Origin: Methanotrichaceae archaeon
Lineage (GTDB): Archaea > Halobacteriota > Methanosarcinia > Methanotrichales > Methanotrichaceae
Direction: 5' to 3'
Length of the DNA stretch: 29,620 nt
NCBI GenBank assembly: GCA_963803145.1
Contig: CAWDLW010000019.1
Span: 1-29,620 of the forward strand
Shown: piece after piece, positions 11,213 to 21,072 of the stretch
Position numbering within the stretch: position 1 is the stretch's first letter
Layout: every line of letters begins with the position of its first letter
The notes under the pieces: model-generated
What the model was told of the DNA's origin: nothing
Database searches by the model: none
Seen by the model: the letters and a program-made list of their open reading frames with translations, nothing else
Position numbers and translations under genes: made by a program

Positions 11213-12062
11213 ATGCGAAATATACCAGCCCTTATACAGTACATCAGCGAAAGGCGGATTATAGATAATAACGGCAGCGGTTACTCTTTTGTGAGAGAGC
11301 TATCTCCCAATATAAAGGATACATTCTTCGCAATGAGCTGCTTGAAGATACTCAATGCAGATTCGCGCGATGATGAGATAGTTCGCTTTCTTTCCGGTTA
11401 TGATGACTTCGATTTCAATGGAGCCTACTATGCCATGAAGTGTCTGATGCTGGCTGGTGAGATGTACAATATCAGAAAGGATTGCTTAAATGGCTCTATG
11501 AAGGGAAAAAGCAGGCTAGACCGTGTGCTGTACCATCTACACCTCTCATTCGTTACTCAAATACGAAGTGTATGGAGCATATGGTTCGAGCATCTTTCAT
11601 CTCCGTTAAGCGCCCTACTGAAGCGAATAGAGTTAAGTGAGGCGAATCTAAGTTCAAGTCTGGCGAATTCTGTACTGATACTTCTATCAAATAACCGTCT
11701 AGATATTATGACTGAATATATGGCTCTGGAGATTCTGAAGGCCATAAGTATGAGATGCAGTTCTTACTGCTCTCTTCGACTACGATTGAAGAAGTTAGAG
11801 CGTTTTATCACGCTGCACTACTCGCATAGGATACGTAGCTAGTCCTACGAGCAACTCAGTAACCCTTGATAGTACCTATGCAGGCCATGAGATAGCACGG
11901 TATATCGGCATCCCTGACCCACTTGGAATCAATAGCTTCATAGATTCCTTGCAGAACGAAAACGGAGGGTTCAGGCAAGCGCCTTTTGGAGGTATTTCTA
12001 CACTTGAATCATGCTATCTGGCCATGAGCATTATCTCTGATATCTCTTGCGAGGGAAAATGA
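11213..12062 (+). pseudogene. Prenyltransferase/squalene-cyclase (alpha/alpha toroid) repeat protein, COG1689-like, frameshifted
   Basis: Repeat units SGYSF...PNIKDTFFAMSCLKIL and FIDSLQNENGGFRQAPFGGISTLESCYLA (second frame, stop 12060-12062). Confidence 0.7.
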
Positions 12063-12515
12063 TTGCCTGCAATAAGAGCGAGGATACATATCTCGACAAG
12101 GTCTTGCAATCAGCTTGCATCATAGCAGGCTGGAGAAGAGGGTCGAGATGGTCTATATCCTGGGAGAACTACGTGATCCTAGTGCCTGGATGTGCTCAAG
12201 GCTATAATGGCTGAAGATAATCCGTATTTGGTTTCGGAGGCCGTTAAGGCTATAGGAAAGATTGGAGGGGCTGATGCCTTCGATCAGCTTCGAATCATGA
12301 TGAATCATCTCTCTTTTATGGTGAGGGGCGAGGTTGCCATGGCTCTGAGAAGAATGGATAATCCTGAGAGAGATAAACTATTAAACCAACTTCTAAACGA
12401 CAGTAGCCCCTATGCAAGAAAATGCGCCAATGATGTTTTGAACAATGGTTATACTAATTTGAAATGGATGGAGACCCAGAAACTGAGGTTCTGCTATGAG
12501 AAGCGATGTTACTAA
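12059..12515 (+). pseudogene. HEAT-repeat (PBS-lyase-like) protein, 5' part frameshifted
   Basis: ATGA overlap with the previous stop. Repeats RRRVEMVYILGELRDP, LVSEAVKAIGKIG, VRGEVAMALRRM, LLNDSSPYARKCA. Confidence 0.75.
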
Positions 12516-14140
12516 AGTGGGTAAGGAGCGAGCACCTCATCGTGCTCTCTTCAAGGCAACAGGCATCACAGATGAGGAGATGAATAGTCTTTCATAGGAA
12601 TTGCCAACTCCTCTAACGACTTCATCGCTGGACATATACACTTGGATAAGATAGCTCAGGCTGTGAAGGCTGGCATCAGGATGGCTGGAGGCGTTCCCTT
12701 CGAGTTCCAGACCATCGGTATATGTGACGGCATAGCCATGGGGCACACTGGAATGAAGTTCTCTTTGCCTAGCCGCGAGCTGATAGAAGATTCCATTGAG
12801 CTTATGGTTGAGGCCCATCAGCTCGATGGTCTGGTGCTTATACCAACATGCGATAAAATAGTTCCTGGCCATCTCATGGCAGCAGGAAGGCTAGATCTGC
12901 CGACAATCGTAGTTACAGGAGGGCCTATGCTCCCTGGATACGGCTGCGACCAAGAGCTGGACCTGATAAACGTCTTCGAGGGCTGGCAGAAGGGCGGCGA
13001 TACTCTGGCTATCCTTGAGGAAACTGCCTGTCCAGGTGCGGGTTCATGTGCGGGTCTTTTCACTGCAAATACTATGGCCTGCATGACCGAGGCTCTAGGT
13101 TTGAGCCTTCCGGGATGCGCTACTATACATGCGGTAGATGCCAGGAAGATACGTATCGCAAAAAAATCGGGGATGAAAATAGTAGAGTTGATACAAAAGG
13201 GGCTGACTGCCAGGAAGATTATCAGCCAGAAATCCATAGAGAATGCAGTCGTGTAGATATGGCCATTGGAGGCTCTACCAATACAGTTCTTCATCTCCCA
13301 GCAATTGCAGCTGAGTTCGGGATGGATTTGGATCTTGATACGTTTGATAGAATCAGCCGTGAAACTCCCCACCTGGTCAATCTGCGGCCAGGTGGTCCCT
13401 ATCATCTGATCGATTTAGATCATGCAGGAGGTATACCTGCTGTAATGAAAAGGCTCAAGTCCAGTCTGACCCTCGATGCCCTAACTGTTACCGGCAGGAC
13501 TATGGGAGAGGAGATTGCCGAATTTAATCCTATCAATCCCAAAGCCTATGATGAAGTTATAGCAACTTTGGAGTCACCTGTCCGCGCAGAGGGTGGCATT
13601 GCCATACTGCACGGAAGCCTGGCTCCAGAAGGGTCTGTCGTCAAGCAAATTGCTGTGTCCAAGTCCATGCTTGTCCATAAAGGTCCAGCTGTGGTTTATA
13701 ACTCCGAAGAAGAGTCAATGGCCGGGATAATGAACGGAGAGGTCAATGCAGGGAATGTCGTAGTCATCCGATATGAAGGTCCGAAGGGCGGCCCAGGAAT
13801 GAGAGAGATGCTGGCTCCGACATCGGCCATTGCAGGAGTGGGATTGAGCGAATCTGTCGCCCTAGTAACTGATGGCAGGTTCAGCGGAGGCACACGGGGG
13901 CCGTGCATAGGGCATGTCTCTCCAGAGGCTGCTGTAGGAGGACCAATAGGGCTAGTAGAGGACGGGGATACAATCCAAGTGGATATTCCATCGAGGAGAG
14001 TTGACCTCCTAGTAGATGAGAAGGAGCTTGCTAGACGTCGGAAGGTATGGAGCATGCCTGAGCATAAGGTAAAGAGCGGCATCCTGGAGCGGTATAGAAG
14101 ATCGGTAACATCAGCGAGCAAAGGTGGAGTTCTGAGGTAA
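12496..14140 (+). pseudogene. ilvD: Dihydroxy-acid dehydratase, two frameshifts (~12590, ~13250)
   Basis: [87 protein letters not shown]. Confidence 0.93.
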
Positions 14141-14598
14141 TCTTGGCGCTTATGGGCTAGGTGGTTAAGCATTGGTTCTCCAAGCTTTGATTAAGCCTAG
14201 TTGTCTGGCAAACAAAGTAATATTATATAATCTTTATTTCTGCATTAACTATAAAACCTCTATCACAGATCTTTTACACTGAATGGATGTTCTTTATGTT
14301 ACCGTACCCCTGTTGAGAGTTATTAAGATCAAATTGCAACACAAAATCCATTCGCTATTTTAATTCCCCATAGAACTCACAAAGTGCGCTAAATTCACTT
14401 GTGAGATACCTTCATCGGCAAAAAGTATAAATAATTGAAGCGACTATTCTGACTATATTAGTATTAATTAGATGTTATAAGTTTATATAAGTGAAATAGG
14501 CATACTAGTCCTAAGAAGGACGAGAGGGGAAATAAAAGGGTTTAGAGGCTGGCTGGAGACAATAATTCAATAGAATAAATATTGAGGGGATGGCACAG

Positions 14599-15783
14599 TC
14601 AACTGACGATGGATCTCCAACCTTCCTCTTCAACCTTTTTAATAATCGTCCTGAGTGGTAGCTTAGTCTCGGTAGCTATTTTCCTGCAATCCTCATATTC
14701 AGGCTTGATGTTCAGGATATCGCCGCCAAGTCTGCTCACCTTGGCGGAAGAACGATAGCTCACACCGTTTATTACTACAACTACTGCTATCTCCTCCCGC
14801 TCTGCAACATATCTGTGAATGCTTGGAAAGACCCTGAGCCCGAGCGAACCAGTCTCAAGCATAATCAGCCTGGAGAGCCTCTCGATATCATCATTCATGG
14901 CTATTGCCCTGATTATGCTGCCACTTCTGCCCTTCTTCATGATTGCCGGAATCAATGATACATCCAAGGCTCCGGCATCCATGAGCATCTCAATAAGGCG
15001 GCCCAGCACCTCGCCTGTAACATCATCAACATTGGTCTCCAGCTGGACCACACGATCCGGAGCCAGATTCTCATGCCTGACCTCGCCGATCACAGCTCTC
15101 AGCGCATTTGGCATAGAGTAGTCTCTGCTGCCTGCCCCATAGCCGACCTTTTCCGCTCTGATCAAAGGATACTCGAGGAAGAAGCGATCGATCATGACGG
15201 CCAGCAGGGCCGCGCCCGTTGGAGTGAGAAGCTCCTGATCAATAGGCCCGCCCTTCCATAGTACATTGAAGGTGCGCAGAATCTCGAGTGCAGCGGGACC
15301 AGGGATCGGCAGAAGCCCATGCTGCGAGGAAACGTTGCCTCCGCCGACTGAAATAGGCAGAGAGAATGCCCTTTCTACACTCAAGCTCTGAAAGGCTGCA
15401 CATGACCCTGCAATATCAGCCAGCGCGTCTAAAGCGCCTATCTCGTGGAACTTAGCCTCTTCTTTTGGAACACCATGGACTGTGCCCTCCGCGCTTGCGA
15501 GGATATCCAGGGCTTTCATTGCCATTTGACGTGCATCATCATCCAGACTGGACCCCTGAAGAATCGATTTTGCTTCAGCAACGCTGTGATATCTTCTGTC
15601 TGAGAACACCTTTGCCCTTGTGGCTGAGATATGTCCGCGGCTTTCGCGCGAGATCTCCAGCCTGCAGCCCACGGATTCTACCGCTTCATGAACAGTCCCT
15701 GTGTCCGCGCCCAGGTCCAAAAGGCAGCCCATTATCATATCACCCGAAGCGCCAGAATACGGATCAAATAGAAGGGCCTTCAT
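14599..15783 (-). CDS. larC: Nickel pincer cofactor biosynthesis protein LarC (nickel insertase)
   Basis: FDPYSGASGDM, FHEIGALDALADI, HGLLPIPGPA, ELLTPTGAAL, LETNVDD, MKKGR, ETGSLGLR, KPEYEDC. Confidence 0.93.
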   Translation of the reverse strand: MKALLFDPYSGASGDMIMGCLLDLGADTGTVHEAVESVGCRLEISRESRGHISATRAKVFSDRRYHSVAEAKSILQGSSLDDDARQMAMKALDILASAEGTVHGVPKEEAKFHEIGALDALADIAGSCAAFQSLSVERAFSLPISVGGGNVSSQHGLLPIPGPAALEILRTFNVLWKGGPIDQELLTPTGAALLAVMIDRFFLEYPLIRAEKVGYGAGSRDYSMPNALRAVIGEVRHENLAPDRVVQLETNVDDVTGEVLGRLIEMLMDAGALDVSLIPAIMKKGRSGSIIRAIAMNDDIERLSRLIMLETGSLGLRVFPSIHRYVAEREEIAVVVVINGVSYRSSAKVSRLGGDILNIKPEYEDCRKIATETKLPLRTIIKKVEEEGWRSIVS

Positions 15784-15808
15784 ATCTGAATAAATCTCAC
15801 TTATGCCG

Positions 15809-16354
15809 TTAAATACGAATTGGTCTTAACTTTACGTTGTAGATCATGCCTCCCTTCTCTGCTGCCCTCAGCTCGCAGATATTCCTCACAGCCTCTGCAT
15901 CCCTTTTCCTGAAAGGCACGGCGATTTCCCGGCGCAGGGCCTCGAAGATCTCATAGCTTGATATGAGCGTTCCAGGAGTGAAGCGAGATGTAAGATTGGG
16001 CGAGAGGCCAGTTAATCGAGATGCCAAAAGAACTCCTTTCAGCCCGCTCTCACCGTAGATGAAGCTCTTGGCAGTATCAATGAGTATTCGGCCTTCTGGT
16101 ATCAGGGCGCCTTCTTTGTGCTTTACCTGGCCGTAGCTCCAATACGATTTGGAGGCCATCTGCTTGAAGAAGCCGGTACGGCTGATGGTCTGTTCGAGCC
16201 CAAGCCTCCTGGCCTTATGGATTACTAAGGGAATCCAGGTATATGCATGGGGAAGGAGGACGATATCAGGATCATGGGCTTTGATAAGCTCCAGGAGATG
16301 ATCAAAGGCTGAACAGGTACGATTATCTTTACGAGGAAAAGCAATTAGCTTCAT
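15809..16354 (-). pseudogene. Fragment of an archaeal family B DNA polymerase (PolB2-type), lacking N-terminus and polymerase core
   Basis: DPDIVL, SYWSYGQV, GRILID, SRFTPGTLISSYE, VPFRKRDAE, KGGMIY; the frame ends just before polymerase motif A. Confidence 0.75.
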
Positions 16355-16759
16355 GGGTGTCTCGCATTAATGAGGCGGCTATAAAGGCTGCTAAAGTTAG
16401 GGGTTACTTCAACAACCATGCAAGAGCCAAAGCGATAAAAAACGCTTTCCAGCTGATGGATATGCTCCTCGGGAAACATGTGATAAAGCACAAGGATATC
16501 AAGCTGCAGAACCAAATCACTCTCGGCGAGTTCTGATCCCCTCAAAGAGAGCTATTTGGCTGTTAAAGAATCCTAAATATCCAAACCTTTTGATTCATCC
16601 TGATCTATCTACCAAATGATCGTAGAATAATTTGCTTCTTCCATCTAGAAGAGTTATCTTCTATTTGTATGTTAATCATACTTTCTTTTATGCTAATATG
16701 GTATTTCTTCATCTTTTTACCCCAAAACTACTTATTCTCATACGTAGAATAGACATAAT

Positions 16760-17050
16760 ATGGCAGGAGTTCTTGAGCAGTTGAGGAGACCAGGGAGAAA
16801 GCTGGTAAGGGTTAATGTACCTTTAGCCGAGATGAATCCAAAGGTCCTGGAGCTTCAGGCAGCCAAGGAAATCCTGGCTGAGGTATTTGGCACTAATATG
16901 TCAGAGATAGATGAGATGCTCAAGCTGCGCTGTGAAGAAGGCCCGAAGGGACATGTATCATATTCACGCAAGAAGCAGGGACTGCCGCTTCTCAAACATG
17001 GGTACAACGAGTCAGGAGAGTGGCCATTGGAGTTCTGCCTGGCGGAATAG
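16760..17050 (+). CDS. Hypothetical protein
   Basis: 96-aa ORF with protein-like helical content (MNPKVLELQAAKEILAEVF) after an AT-rich promoter-like region. Confidence 0.6.
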   Translation: MAGVLEQLRRPGRKLVRVNVPLAEMNPKVLELQAAKEILAEVFGTNMSEIDEMLKLRCEEGPKGHVSYSRKKQGLPLLKHGYNESGEWPLEFCLAE

Positions 17051-17244
17051 ACTTCACTGCATATATCTTCAGGCAAGGGTGATGATAAATCTACTCACAT
17101 CATTTAGATGTTGGTTCATAGTCCATAATTAATATTTCAGGAACTAATGGCTTCTCTTAGCTTTAGCATCATCTCGAACAAAGGATTTGCAGGGCTAATC
17201 CTGCAAATTTACTTCGTAGCTCGATGCTATCATAAAAGAGTCAT

Positions 17245-17358
17245 CTATTCATTTTCAGAATGGTGTTTCTGGTGCATTTTTTTCATGAACCATAGGAAAG
17301 CCAGCAAAGCAATTGCGAATATTTTTATTTTTATGAGCTTCTTTATGAGTTTAAACAT
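17245..17358 (-). CDS. Small 37-aa single-pass membrane peptide (not in ORF track)
   Basis: MFKLIKKLIKIKIFAIALLAFLWFMKKMHQKHHSENE; SD AGGTGA 7 nt before ATG and TTTAATA boxes upstream. Confidence 0.55.
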   Translation of the reverse strand: MFKLIKKLIKIKIFAIALLAFLWFMKKMHQKHHSENE

Positions 17359-17484
17359 AAACTGTTCACCTAAGTCATATAGGTATTAAAACTATTAAAC
17401 TATATCCTTTGCCACCTTGCCGCTTGAACCAAAACATAAATCATTATCAATGCCTGGCCGAGGAATAGATCTACCATATATCCT

Positions 17485-17655
17485 TCAATTCATCCAGCAC
17501 TCTTTTTGCGGCTGAGACCTCTCAGGTTTAGATTCATCAAGAACCATTTGCTCGAGATCCTTTTCTGAAATCAGCCCCATCTTGTACCTTGTGATGAGAA
17601 CGCCTGTCATGATGGCATTGTTCCTTGCCTTTGCTCTCTGAGCTGCCTTACTCAA
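17485..17655 (-). CDS. Small hypothetical protein (56 aa; 3' end possibly frameshifted)
   Basis: TTG start after GGGGAG; MSKAAQRAKARNNAIMTGVLITRYKMGLISEKDLEQMVLDESKPERS...; an alternative frame ends AAKRVLDELKDIW at 17471. Confidence 0.5.
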   Translation of the reverse strand: MSKAAQRAKARNNAIMTGVLITRYKMGLISEKDLEQMVLDESKPERSQPQKECWMN

Positions 17656-17972
17656 TCTCTATCTCCCCGATCCCCTTACATAGCTATCGCTGCAATTCAT
17701 GGAACCTCTATGCCTCAAGGCTTGCCAAGGCATAGCGGCGATCGGCGATAGGCAGCATAAGCTGACATAGCCAATAGCGATTAGAAGAGTGCTCATAGCT
17801 TTCGCCAAGATCTTGAAGAATTGGACCTCTCCGAAACCATGCATCCCCATTGCTGGCATCAATTGTTATTGCATAATACTATGAATCATGCCTCAGTTAT
17901 ATGGTTGAAGGGATACGATTAGCTGTTCCCTTCTCCTGCTTCTCCAAGATTATGCACCTTTTCAAAGGCAAA

Positions 17973-19526
17973 TCACTTCTTCCAGAAATCAGGCACAAGA
18001 AGCACAAGGGCAGGTATTATTTCAAGCCTTCCAATCCACATGCAGAAGAAGAGCACCATCTTGCTGAAATCCGGCAGAGCATGGAAATCAAGGAAAAGCT
18101 TGCCGAAACCTGGACCCACATTGCCTAGCGATGTAGCAGCTCCAGATGTGAGCTCAGTCATATCCATCTGCACTCCGGCTACGTAGCAGTTCGCAGCAAG
18201 CATCAACACAGCCACGGCAAATATCAGCACATACTGGTTGATGAACGAAAGGATTGAATGAATCACCTCCTCTTTTACTGCAGCTCCATTGTATTTTACC
18301 TGCACAACGGCCTTAGGGTGGAGTGCCCGAAATAGCTCAAGATAGCCGTATTTCAACATTATCTGTATCCTGCTCACTTTAATCGCTCCACCGGTTGAGC
18401 CAGCACATGCACCAACGAACATAAGCACAAACAGAGTGAACTTAGCAGTTGTGGACCAGGCATCGAAATTGGCGGTGACGAATCCGCTTGTAGTCATTAT
18501 TGAGACAACCTGAAAGGCTGCCATCCTGATCTTATCCGGAAGCTCGCCCCCAAGTCCACCAAAGAGCACCAGCATAGCAGTTGCAAGCATCGCTATAAAT
18601 GAATATGACTGGAACTCAGGGTCCCTTATCAGCGCCGTCTTGTCTCCTCGAATTACTCTGTAGTGGAGAGCGAAGTTCGCTCCTGAGAGGAACATGAATA
18701 TGAGCACGATCCACTCGATTATTGTGCTCTTATAGGCTGCTATGCTGTTTGCCTGCGGTGAGAATCCCCCTGTCGCAAGCGTTGAGAACGTATTACAAAC
18801 GGCATCGTATAATGGCATTTTAAATGCCACAAGCAGCAAGATCTCGATAGCAGTTATCATCAAATAAACAGTCCAAAGTATCTTGGCTGTATCCCTGACT
18901 CTGGGAGTGAGCATATCCTTTGTTGGCCCAGGAACCTCTGCTTTGTAGAGCTGTCGTCCCGCTACACCAAGGTGAGGGAGGACTGCTATGAATAACAGTA
19001 TTATGCCCATCCCTCCGATCCATTGGGCAAAAGATCTCCAGAAGAGAAGACCGAAGTATGTCCCATGACTCGGGTGACTTGCTATGCTCTGCATATATGG
19101 GCTGGCTGTCAGTTCGATTGCAGTAGCAAGGCTTCTATCTGCAAGGGCAGTACTTATGATCCAATACCCTTGTGCATTTGAATCGGTAAATATTGTGGCT
19201 CCCGTAGTCGTAAAGGCTGACATGGATTCAAATAGAGCATCAACTATACTTGTGCCGAGGAAGAGGTAGGGCAGACCCCCGAAAAAGGCTGCACAGAGCC
19301 AGCCTATAGATACTATTGCAAAGCCTTCCTTATTGCCTATTGTCCCTTCAACGCCTATATGTTCGAAGGCTATGCCCGTAAGCAGCGTTAGCAAAGATGC
19401 CAATGCGAAGGATATTACCCCGCTGGTCTCCCCATAAAGGGCGGCGACAATACCAGGGACCAGCATGAATACCCCCATAAGTTTCAGGATTGATCCCAGG
19501 ATGCGAATAAATACCCTTATCCTCAT
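17973..19526 (-). CDS. trkH: Trk potassium uptake membrane protein
   Basis: FESMSAFTTTGAT, QWIGGMGII, TLATGGF, TTSGF, GACAGSTGGAIK, LGNVGPG, GRLEI pore-loop motifs. Confidence 0.95.
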   Translation of the reverse strand: MRIRVFIRILGSILKLMGVFMLVPGIVAALYGETSGVISFALASLLTLLTGIAFEHIGVEGTIGNKEGFAIVSIGWLCAAFFGGLPYLFLGTSIVDALFESMSAFTTTGATIFTDSNAQGYWIISTALADRSLATAIELTASPYMQSIASHPSHGTYFGLLFWRSFAQWIGGMGIILLFIAVLPHLGVAGRQLYKAEVPGPTKDMLTPRVRDTAKILWTVYLMITAIEILLLVAFKMPLYDAVCNTFSTLATGGFSPQANSIAAYKSTIIEWIVLIFMFLSGANFALHYRVIRGDKTALIRDPEFQSYSFIAMLATAMLVLFGGLGGELPDKIRMAAFQVVSIMTTSGFVTANFDAWSTTAKFTLFVLMFVGACAGSTGGAIKVSRIQIMLKYGYLELFRALHPKAVVQVKYNGAAVKEEVIHSILSFINQYVLIFAVAVLMLAANCYVAGVQMDMTELTSGAATSLGNVGPGFGKLFLDFHALPDFSKMVLFFCMWIGRLEIIPALVLLVPDFWKK

Positions 19527-19658
19527 TTTACCTTAGGCTCCCATCCATGCTGTCTACCGTTTATCGGATCGTACAACTTCTATAACTAGTGATTAATATA
19601 GCTTGCCGAGTTGAGCTGCAGCCAAGTTTAATTGAAGTCTATAAAAACCGGCAAGAGG

Positions 19659-20972
19659 CTAAGCTGTGAAAAGCCTCTTCACTCTCGAGATCTCGTTAGG
19701 CATGGACGTTATGAAGACTCTATCACCTTTCTCGATTTTGAAGTTGTTTTCTGGGATAACGATCCTATCCCTTCTCAGGACCATGCCTACAATCGCTTCC
19801 TTGGGGAGTTCCTTTGATATGACCTTCCCGATGATCCTAGACCCTTCTTTGGCAAGGAAATCCACGAGTTCAATCCTCTGATCACTTAAGGTAACCACCT
19901 CCTCACCACCGATTATATGCTGAAGGACTACGTCAGCAGTCACCTGTCCGGGGCTTATAGCCCTGTCCACGCCGACGATCTCGAAGAGCTTAATATAAGC
20001 GCTTCTGTTAACCCTTGAGAGGATCTTCTTTACGCCAAGCTGCTTAACAAGCAGGGAGCACAATAAGTTTTTCTCATCAATACCTGTGACCGCAAATATC
20101 ACATCCATGTCTCCTGCGCCCTCTTCTGTCAGAAGGGAGAGATCAGTGCCATCGCCAGAGAGAATCATCGTGCTTGACAGTTTCTCTGATATCTCTCTAC
20201 ATCGATTCTCATTCAGCTCTATCAGCTTGATATTGAAGCCTGCCTTCTCAAGCCTGTTCGCAAGGTAAAAGCCAACCATCCCGCCGCCGACTATCATTGC
20301 CTTGTGGGCACCTGATGCCTCATGAAGCATCGATCTCAACTCAGGCATTGCTTTTGAATCACATAACAGGAGAAGATGGTCGTTCGGCATAATCCAAAAG
20401 CCTTTCTCGGGTATGAAGATATTTCCGACTCTATTTATAGCTATTACCTTGCAGTTCACAGGAAGATTTATCTCTTCGATAGGCCCAATTATCGGCATCT
20501 TCTCTGTAACCTTAAACTCTATCAGCTCCACTTTTCCTTCGGCAAGCTCTCTGTTCATGAGCATAGATGGAAAATATAGTGTTCTCGCAAGGTCCTCAGC
20601 CAGCGCGAGCTCAGGGCAGACCATATAGCTTATCCCTATCTCCCTTCTGTCCTGCAGCGGCCGGTCGATGTACTCTGGATTGCTTACTCTTGCAATGGTC
20701 TGCCTTACGCCGAAGTGACTTGCTACGATGCAGGTGATGACATTCACCTCATCATTGCCGGTCACAGCGAGAACGATATCTGCTTTCTTTATGCCTGCAT
20801 CTATGAGCAGTCGTGCATTGGCTGCATTTCCCTGGAGGACCTGCACATCCATATCCTGGAGCCTTACACATGCACATGGATCCTTATCGATAACTGTAAC
20901 ATCATGGTCTTCGTGAAGCTCGCTGGCAACAAGGAAGCCCACCTCGCCAGCGCCCGTAATCAATATACGCAT
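19659..20972 (-). CDS. trkA: Trk potassium uptake NAD-binding regulatory subunit
   Basis: Two RCK_N (GAGEVG, GGGMVG) and RCK_C domains; adjacent to trkH. Confidence 0.95.
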   Translation of the reverse strand: MRILITGAGEVGFLVASELHEDHDVTVIDKDPCACVRLQDMDVQVLQGNAANARLLIDAGIKKADIVLAVTGNDEVNVITCIVASHFGVRQTIARVSNPEYIDRPLQDRREIGISYMVCPELALAEDLARTLYFPSMLMNRELAEGKVELIEFKVTEKMPIIGPIEEINLPVNCKVIAINRVGNIFIPEKGFWIMPNDHLLLLCDSKAMPELRSMLHEASGAHKAMIVGGGMVGFYLANRLEKAGFNIKLIELNENRCREISEKLSSTMILSGDGTDLSLLTEEGAGDMDVIFAVTGIDEKNLLCSLLVKQLGVKKILSRVNRSAYIKLFEIVGVDRAISPGQVTADVVLQHIIGGEEVVTLSDQRIELVDFLAKEGSRIIGKVISKELPKEAIVGMVLRRDRIVIPENNFKIEKGDRVFITSMPNEISRVKRLFTA

Positions 20973-21072
20973 ATTACTTCTCCCATAACCTAGGAATGAA
21001 TAATAAAATTGTCGGTATCATCTTCGATTTTTTCGTGTTTACTGGAAAATTATATTTCTAGTAATATATCTC

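Noticed and set aside
14376-14405. CTCACAAAGTG/CACTTGTGAG hairpin in the ilvD-larC convergent spacer as an ncRNA
   Set aside because: A single imperfect hairpin with no further motif; cannot be distinguished from a terminator or chance.
14599-15783. larC without larA/B/E as a novelty
   Set aside because: Dispersed lar biosynthesis genes are common in methanogens.
16733-16751. TATTCT-N7-AGAATA palindrome before the 96-aa ORF as an operator
   Set aside because: Arms are only 6 bp in AT-rich DNA, which is too weak to support.
17660-17880. c-di-AMP (ydaO) riboswitch near the trk genes
   Set aside because: Only a GTCAGCT fragment matches, the other consensus blocks are absent, and it lies downstream of trkH.
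21039-21064. TTACTGGAAA-ATTATA-TTTCTAGTAA palindrome with 6-bp spacer as a Xer/dif site
   Set aside because: It lacks the inner TAA/TTA arms of dif sites; more likely a terminator or operator between the ligase-deaminase gene and trkA.
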